From an uncultured Actinomycetota bacterium (GTDB taxonomy: Bacteria; Actinomycetota; Humimicrobiia; Humimicrobiales; Humimicrobiaceae): a stretch of DNA of 64,000 nucleotides. The translations under genes were made by a program, and so were the position numbers. This document shows positions 58,518-64,000 of this stretch, piece by piece (positions within the stretch are counted from its first letter, which is position 1; the number at the start of each line of letters is the position of its first letter). A model generated the notes under the pieces. It worked only from the letters and a program-made list of their open reading frames with translations, was not told the DNA's origin and did not search any database. The stretch lies in contig CAZRML010000036.1 in NCBI GenBank assembly GCA_964601205.1, positions 69,985-133,984 on the forward strand, given 5' to 3'.

Positions 58518-61346
58518 TTGAAAATAAAAGCAAAAAATAAAAACAGCAAATCCGCGTCAGAAAGTGACTATTTTAGCGGTATACCCTGGCATAACAAATC
58601 CATAGAAGAGGTTACGGGTGAGCTAAGCACCAGCCCTAAAACCGGTCTTAGCGTAAAAGAAGCCGAAAACAGAATTCTAAAATACGGGTATAATGAGCTT
58701 GAAGAGAAAAAAGGCAGGACACCTTTTAGAATATTCATTTCCCAGTTTAATGATTTTATGATATGGATACTTATTGCTGCTGCCTTCATTTCCGGAATAA
58801 TCATAAGGGAAATTACCGATGCAATCGTAATCCTTGCCATACTGATATTAAACTCGGTTCTGGGCTTTATCCAGGAATTCCGTGCAGAAAAGGCCCTGAG
58901 CGCTTTAAAGGAACTTGCCTCACCCAGCGCTCTGGTAATACGGGATGGCAGGGAGAAAAATATACATTCCAAAGACCTGGTCCCGGGAGATATTATTAAA
59001 CTAACAGCAGGGGACCTGGTTCCTGCAGATTGCAGAATAATTGAACAGACGAACCTGCGGGTCAATGAATCAATCCTTACCGGTGAATCCATACCGCTGA
59101 ACAAGATTGCCGATACATTAAATAAAGAAAATCCTCCGCTCGGAGATAAAAAAAACATGCTCTTCAGTGGCACCACTATAGTCAAGGGCAGGTGTGTTGC
59201 AGCTGTTACCGGTACGGGACAACACACCGAAATCGGTAAAATTGCCAGCATGGTTCAGGAGGATGAAGAATCCACACCTCTTCAAATTGAACTAAAATCT
59301 GTTGGTAAAAAAATCGGGATAATATGTCTTGCGGTAAGCGCAATTGTCTTTTTGTCCGGGATACTCAAGGGTAATTCAGTAGCACAGATGTTCCTGGTTG
59401 CGGTCGCACTGGCAGTTGCTTCAATACCCGAAGGACTTCCCGCTATAGTTACGGTATCTCTTGCTCTTGGCGTTCAGAAAATGGCAAAAAACAACGCTAT
59501 AGTTAGAAAACTGAGCTCTGTAGAAACTCTCGGAAGTATATCGGTTATATGCACGGACAAAACAGGCACTCTTACTAAAAACAAAATGATGGTCAGAAAA
59601 ATATATTCGGGGTCCGATGCTGTCTCTGATTATGATAAGTTCATAGAAGAATATAACAGGAAGAACGCCCCTGGCAATATTCTAAATTCCAAAAATATTA
59701 AAAGTAATAATGCTTTAAACCTGTTACTTAAAAATGCCTTACTCTGCAATGATGCTTACTACACCGATAAGGAAGCAGGACAAATTACTGGAGACCCTAC
59801 CGAAGCAGCTCTGATTGAGCTGGGAAGTTTTTTCTCAATGGATAAAAGCGAACTGGAAAAAGTTTATCCAAGAAAAGGAGAGGAGCCTTTTGATTCTGAA
59901 CGTAAAATGATGACTACTGTCAGTGAAATTCCTCCTGAAGAAAGAAATAATAACCAGAAATACATTTTATTTTCCAAAGGAGCTCCCGAAGTAATACTGG
60001 CGAAATGCACCGGGATAATTAAGAATGGAAAAATACAGAACCTCAGCGATGAAGAAAGAGAAAAAATAAACAATAACAACCTCCTTCTGGCAGGTAAAGC
60101 TATGAGAAATCTTGGCTTTGCTTTTAAGCCACTTGAAAATTTTTCCCCGGAAATGGAAGTAAAAGAAGCAGAAGAAGGTTTTGTTTACCTGGGTTTGGTA
60201 GGAATGATTGACCCTCCGCGCCCCGAAGTCTATGACGCCATTGAAAAATGCAGGAGGGCCAACATAGGGATTATTATGGTAACCGGCGACCATAAAATAA
60301 CCGCACGCGCTATTGGAGAGGAACTGGGCATACTTGGACCGGAAGATAAGATTATTGATGGCTCCGAATTTGATACACTGACAGGAGAAGAACTTGAAGA
60401 ACAGATAGAGAATATCAAAATTTTTGCCAGGGTATCCCCATCCAACAAAGTTGATATTGTTGGAGCATTAAAGAAAAAAAATCATATAGTGGCTATGACA
60501 GGTGATGGCATAAATGATGCCCCCTCATTAAAAAAAGCAGATATCGGCGTAGCCATGGGCATAGTGGGTACTGATGTCAGTAAAGAGTCTAGTGATATGA
60601 TTCTAACTGATGATAATTTCGCCACCATAGTTAAAGCCGTAAAACAGGGCAGGGTTATATATGACAACCTGAAAAAATTTATTTTATTTCTGCTCTCCTG
60701 TAATATTTCCGAAGTTCTTCTAATGTTTATTTCAATACTTGTCGGTGACTATGTATTCTTTCTCATTACCGGAGATAAGGGTTTCCTTTACATCCCGCTT
60801 CTGCCAGTGCAAATTCTGTGGATGAACCTTATTACCGACGGGCTTCCGGCAATGGCGCTGGGAATAGACCCGCCTGAAAAGAATATAATGGATAGAAAAG
60901 CAACCAAAAGCAGGGAGCATATCCTGAGCAGGAGCGGTCTTACCCTGATACTGTGGCAGGGATTAATTTTAACATCAGGAGCGCTTTTTATATATTTTGC
61001 AGGACCTCTCATTTTTAATACCAGTAATTTTGAGCTCGACCGCGGGATTTTCCAGACTTCAGTTTTTACTACTCTGGTATTAACCCAGCTCCTTCACACT
61101 TTTAATTTCAGATTCAAAAGCAGTGGTATTTTCAGAAGGGATATTTTTGAAAATAAATTTCTTGATCTTGCAGTAGTTGCATCTATTTTGCTCCATGTAG
61201 CAATAATTTATGTCCCCTGGTTCCAGAACATATTTAAAACCACCGCACTCGGCCTGTACAACTGGCTTTTAATTATTATATGCTCTGTAACAAGCGTCCT
61301 GATAATAAATTTCGTAAACATAATTATCTATAAAAGGGGAAATTAA
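58518..61346 (+). CDS. P-type ATPase, Ca2+-transporting (P2A/SERCA-PMCA-like)
   Basis: DKTGTLT phosphorylation site. TGES actuator motif. TGDGINDAP hinge motif. Ten TM helices. PEGL in M4. Confidence 0.9.
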   Translation: MKIKAKNKNSKSASESDYFSGIPWHNKSIEEVTGELSTSPKTGLSVKEAENRILKYGYNELEEKKGRTPFRIFISQFNDFMIWILIAAAFISGIIIREITDAIVILAILILNSVLGFIQEFRAEKALSALKELASPSALVIRDGREKNIHSKDLVPGDIIKLTAGDLVPADCRIIEQTNLRVNESILTGESIPLNKIADTLNKENPPLGDKKNMLFSGTTIVKGRCVAAVTGTGQHTEIGKIASMVQEDEESTPLQIELKSVGKKIGIICLAVSAIVFLSGILKGNSVAQMFLVAVALAVASIPEGLPAIVTVSLALGVQKMAKNNAIVRKLSSVETLGSISVICTDKTGTLTKNKMMVRKIYSGSDAVSDYDKFIEEYNRKNAPGNILNSKNIKSNNALNLLLKNALLCNDAYYTDKEAGQITGDPTEAALIELGSFFSMDKSELEKVYPRKGEEPFDSERKMMTTVSEIPPEERNNNQKYILFSKGAPEVILAKCTGIIKNGKIQNLSDEEREKINNNNLLLAGKAMRNLGFAFKPLENFSPEMEVKEAEEGFVYLGLVGMIDPPRPEVYDAIEKCRRANIGIIMVTGDHKITARAIGEELGILGPEDKIIDGSEFDTLTGEELEEQIENIKIFARVSPSNKVDIVGALKKKNHIVAMTGDGINDAPSLKKADIGVAMGIVGTDVSKESSDMILTDDNFATIVKAVKQGRVIYDNLKKFILFLLSCNISEVLLMFISILVGDYVFFLITGDKGFLYIPLLPVQILWMNLITDGLPAMALGIDPPEKNIMDRKATKSREHILSRSGLTLILWQGLILTSGALFIYFAGPLIFNTSNFELDRGIFQTSVFTTLVLTQLLHTFNFRFKSSGIFRRDIFENKFLDLAVVASILLHVAIIYVPWFQNIFKTTALGLYNWLLIIICSVTSVLIINFVNIIIYKRGN

Positions 61347-61504
61347 ACGGGTATTAATAATTATAATTCAATTTTATATTATAATTTATCGACCGCAGAT
61401 TCTAAATACAGAAAATAATAAAACTCTTATGCTCCATTTTAAAAATTCCTCTAATATATTATTATATATTACAATTATCTAAATTTTTATTCTATAAAAG
61501 CATA

Positions 61505-62434
61505 ATGGATTCAATAGTAATAAAAGACCTGGTTAAAAGATACGGGAACAAAACAGTTCTGGATAATTTAAACCTCAATATAAAAGAGGGTGAGTTTTAC
61601 TGTCTTATGGGTCCAAATGGTTCGGGTAAAACCACCCTTTCTTCAATTATTGCTTCCATAGGGACCCAGAACAGCGGAACGGTAGAAATATACGGCAAAA
61701 AGCCCTTCAGGGTAAAAGAAATGATAGGCTACCTGCCCCAGGAGAATTTCTCGGATTCATATCTAACAGGAAAAGAGAATCTGGTGTATTTTGCAAGAAT
61801 GCTTGGATATAAAAAAAGAGATGCACTGGCAACTGTTAATGACATTATGGGTAAAATCGGTCTATTAGAAGATGCCAGTAAGAGGGTCAGCAGATATTCA
61901 GGAGGTATGAGAAAAAGGCTGGAACTTGCTACAATACTTTTCCCCGGAATAAAAATTTTAATCCTTGATGAGCCGACCACAGGGCTTGACCCGTCAGCAA
62001 GAAGAAATTTTTTTGGCCTTATTGATTCAATAAAAGACAGCACAACTACCATACTGCTTATAAGCCATATCGGATCTGACGCAGAACAAGCATCAAAGGT
62101 AGGCCTAATGGATGAAGGTAGGATTATTGCAGAGGGAACACCGGAGGAACTCAAGAAAAATACCAACCTTAAAAACATAATAAATGTGGATGTATTAATA
62201 AAAAACGACGAAATAAAAGAAATTCTCAGAGTTTTTAATAAGGAAGAAGTGCTTCAGGAAACCGAAAAGGGATTCAAAATTTACACAGACCAAACTGCCG
62301 AAATTATCCCTGAAATAGTAAGAAGCATTGAAAAAAGGGGATATAAAGTAGCCGAGATAGGTTCTGTAGTGCCATCACTGGAAGACGTATTTTTTAAGCT
62401 TACAGGAAAATCAGTAAGGGAGGAAAAGATTTGA
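61505..62434 (+). CDS. ABC transporter ATP-binding protein (ABC-2/DrrA-like)
   Basis: Walker A GPNGSGKTT. YSGGMRKRL signature. Walker B ILDEPT. Confidence 0.85.
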   Translation: MDSIVIKDLVKRYGNKTVLDNLNLNIKEGEFYCLMGPNGSGKTTLSSIIASIGTQNSGTVEIYGKKPFRVKEMIGYLPQENFSDSYLTGKENLVYFARMLGYKKRDALATVNDIMGKIGLLEDASKRVSRYSGGMRKRLELATILFPGIKILILDEPTTGLDPSARRNFFGLIDSIKDSTTTILLISHIGSDAEQASKVGLMDEGRIIAEGTPEELKKNTNLKNIINVDVLIKNDEIKEILRVFNKEEVLQETEKGFKIYTDQTAEIIPEIVRSIEKRGYKVAEIGSVVPSLEDVFFKLTGKSVREEKI

Positions 62435-63198
62435 ATCAGATTTCTGCCACATTTACTAAAGGAATTAAAGATTACCTTACAAGCATATCGGCTCTTTTCT
62501 GGGTAATTGCCTGGCCCATTATCTGGTTATTCCTCGGGGTATTTGTTTTCATTGTCGGGGTGCCTGAAGAATATATTGCTCTTGCCAGAGGAAAAGTCAC
62601 TATATCAATGATAACTTTCTCTTTTGTGGTTGCAGGCATGACAAGCCTTGCTGCCAATATTTCCGAAGATAGATACAAAGGTCTTTTCTTAAAATTAAAA
62701 TCAATGCCTGTACAACCCTGGAAAGATTCAATAGGAAGAATACTTTCGGTTTTGTTTTTTTCAATTATAAGCGTTTTCATAATATTAATAATAGGAATTG
62801 CAATAGGAGCCAGATTTTCTTTTGACATCCTGGATCTCTTCAAAGCAACAGGTTTTTTATTGCTTGGCATTCTTGCCTCTGCAGGAGTCGGACTTATCTG
62901 CGGAACACTTTTTAAAAGTGTCCAGGGCGCTATAATGACAGCAGTCGGCATAGCCGTTATAACTTCGGCAATTTCAGGTATATTTTTTGATTACAGTCTT
63001 CTTCCTGAGATACTTCAGACTTTTGCAAGATACTGGCCGATGTCTTCATCCAATGCAATTATTGGTTACTACCTCACAGGAAGCTCTGGTTTTGAGGCCA
63101 CCTCTGCTTTAAATATTTCCCTTAATGTTGTAATATCTCTACTATTCTTTTCTGCCGGACTTATTATTTATTCCATATACTGCTGGAGAAAAGAGTAA
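62431..63198 (+). CDS. ABC-2 family transporter permease
   Basis: Six TM helices. Start overlaps the ATPase stop (ATGA). Confidence 0.75.
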   Translation: MNQISATFTKGIKDYLTSISALFWVIAWPIIWLFLGVFVFIVGVPEEYIALARGKVTISMITFSFVVAGMTSLAANISEDRYKGLFLKLKSMPVQPWKDSIGRILSVLFFSIISVFIILIIGIAIGARFSFDILDLFKATGFLLLGILASAGVGLICGTLFKSVQGAIMTAVGIAVITSAISGIFFDYSLLPEILQTFARYWPMSSSNAIIGYYLTGSSGFEATSALNISLNVVISLLFFSAGLIIYSIYCWRKE

Positions 63199-63255
63199 TT
63201 ACTAAAAAGATATGTTATGATTTTTATATAAAAAATTAATCGTAATATTTAGCCA

Positions 63256-63795
63256 GTGTCAGTAAGGAAAAAAATTAACAACTCAATACTTGAACTAACC
63301 ACCGGTGATATAACCGTTGAAGAGACCGGAGCAATAGTAAATGCTGCAAACACTGCTCTTTCTCCCGGCGGAGGAGTATCCGGAGCAATACACAGGGCAG
63401 CAGGACCGGGGCTGTGGGAAGAATGCAGGAATCTCGGAGGATGCAAAACAGGTGAGGCAAAATTAACCGGCGGATATAATCTTAAGGCAAAATATGTAAT
63501 TCATACCGTGGGCCCGGTATACAGCGGAAGAGCAGGTGACGGTGATGATTTAAAAAACAGTTATTATAACAGCCTGCTCCTTGCCAGTCAGAATAATATT
63601 AAAAGTATAGCCTTTCCATCTATAAGCACGGGAATTTTTGGATATCCTACCGGAGACGCATCAGTTATTGCCCTGGGAACCATTATTGATTTCCTTAAAG
63701 AACACCGGGAAATTGAACTGGTAAAAATGGTTCTTTTTTCTGACACAGACTATCACACTTACAGTTTATCACTTGAAAAGGTTTTAAAAGATTAA
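63256..63795 (+). CDS. macro-domain protein (O-acetyl-ADP-ribose deacetylase, YmdB-like)
   Basis: GAIVNAANTALSPGGGVSGAIHRAAG signature. IAFPSISTGIFGYP. Confidence 0.85.
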   Translation: MSVRKKINNSILELTTGDITVEETGAIVNAANTALSPGGGVSGAIHRAAGPGLWEECRNLGGCKTGEAKLTGGYNLKAKYVIHTVGPVYSGRAGDGDDLKNSYYNSLLLASQNNIKSIAFPSISTGIFGYPTGDASVIALGTIIDFLKEHREIELVKMVLFSDTDYHTYSLSLEKVLKD

Positions 63796-63817
63796 AATAT
63801 ATAACCACTAAGAGCAC

Positions 63818-64000
63818 TTAGAATAACCACAGTGCCTGCACAAATAACAGCCGCCCTCCGGTTCCATTATTTCCCCGCATTCAGGACATACTACAAGTGA
63901 CCTCGGACCGCTGGTTGCCCCCAGCTCAAACTTATCAGTACCATCAAAGTAATAATCTATGGCTTTTGCTATAGCATCGGGGCAGGAAAGAACATGAGTC
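63818..64000 (-). CDS. 3' end of a gene encoding a C-terminal zinc ribbon plus RxCGY motif (anaerobic ribonucleotide reductase NrdD-like); 5' part outside window
   Basis: Translation gives ...VCPECGEIMEPEGGCYLCRHCGYSKCS-stop. This is a CxxC...CxxC ribbon followed by a glycyl-radical-like RHCGY, as in NrdD C-termini. Confidence 0.35.

Noticed and set aside
58568-59251. 227-aa minus-strand ORF inside the P-type ATPase gene
   Set aside because: Antisense artefact within a conserved coding region.
1-64000. CRISPR arrays, rRNA genes, IS elements or transposases
   Set aside because: No regularly spaced repeat arrays, no rRNA-like segments, and no transposase or integrase ORFs were seen. The only mobile-element hint is the decayed fragment next to tRNA-Gln.

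Overview
Low-GC (AT-rich) bacterial chromosomal segment, read unaided from the sequence and the ORF track; all family assignments come from motif recognition, not from searches. It is mostly core and housekeeping genes with two notable blocks.

The window from left to right:
- 1-7.4 kb, oxidative-stress and lipid genes: truncated histidine-phosphatase, membrane-anchored MsrA-MsrB fusion, and a perR-prx operon carrying a perfect PerR/Fur box. Then DagK-like lipid kinase, PlsC, and an ArsR / DUF318-permease / thioredoxin-like unit.
- 7.5-7.9 kb: a tRNA-Gln abutted by degenerate ORF fragments. These may be a relic of an integrated element.
- 8-13 kb: ispE-ksgA-tatD-metG-rsmI. The rsmI gene has no canonical start codon over its first ~140 codons.
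- 13.4-14.4 kb: an MthK-like RCK K+ channel.
- 14.5-20.3 kb: phoR-phoB-pstS-pstC-pstA-phoU with PhoP-type direct repeats upstream of pstS. The pstB ATPase is absent.
- 20.5-20.9 kb: five tRNAs (Lys-Glu-Val-Asp-Phe).
- 21-26 kb: YtxH, HAD hydrolase, S2P/CBS protease, MgtC, YihY, Mut7-C.
- 26-34.7 kb: one minus-strand heat-shock unit, hspR-dnaK-hsp20-cbpA(dnaJ-like)-clpB-abcF.
- 35.2-54.6 kb: a ~20 kb minus-strand sugar-catabolic island (detailed below).
- 55.4-64 kb: small membrane protein overlapping nrdR; a GGQ-less eRF1/Pelota-like protein with a zinc ribbon; LpxL-like acyltransferase; P-type Ca2+-ATPase; ABC-2 exporter; macro-domain protein; and a partial NrdD-like C-terminus at the window edge.

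The most interesting candidates are:
- The sugar-catabolic island. It carries nagA, a ROK-like kinase with a novel N-terminal domain, a NagC/ROK repressor, and two EtfAB pairs (one with a ferredoxin-fused EtfA). It also carries three FAD-linked GlcD-like dehydrogenases (one paired with a GlcF/CCG Fe-S protein), a double-SIS GCKR/MurQ-like etherase, an M20 amidohydrolase and a CUT1 ABC importer. This suggests uptake of a lactyl-ether amino sugar such as MurNAc, with the released lactate oxidised by Etf-coupled dehydrogenases.
- A ~93-bp promoter/operator element duplicated at both ends of the island, the second copy attached to a decayed fragment of the ROK repressor gene.
- The bacterial eRF1/Pelota-like gene.
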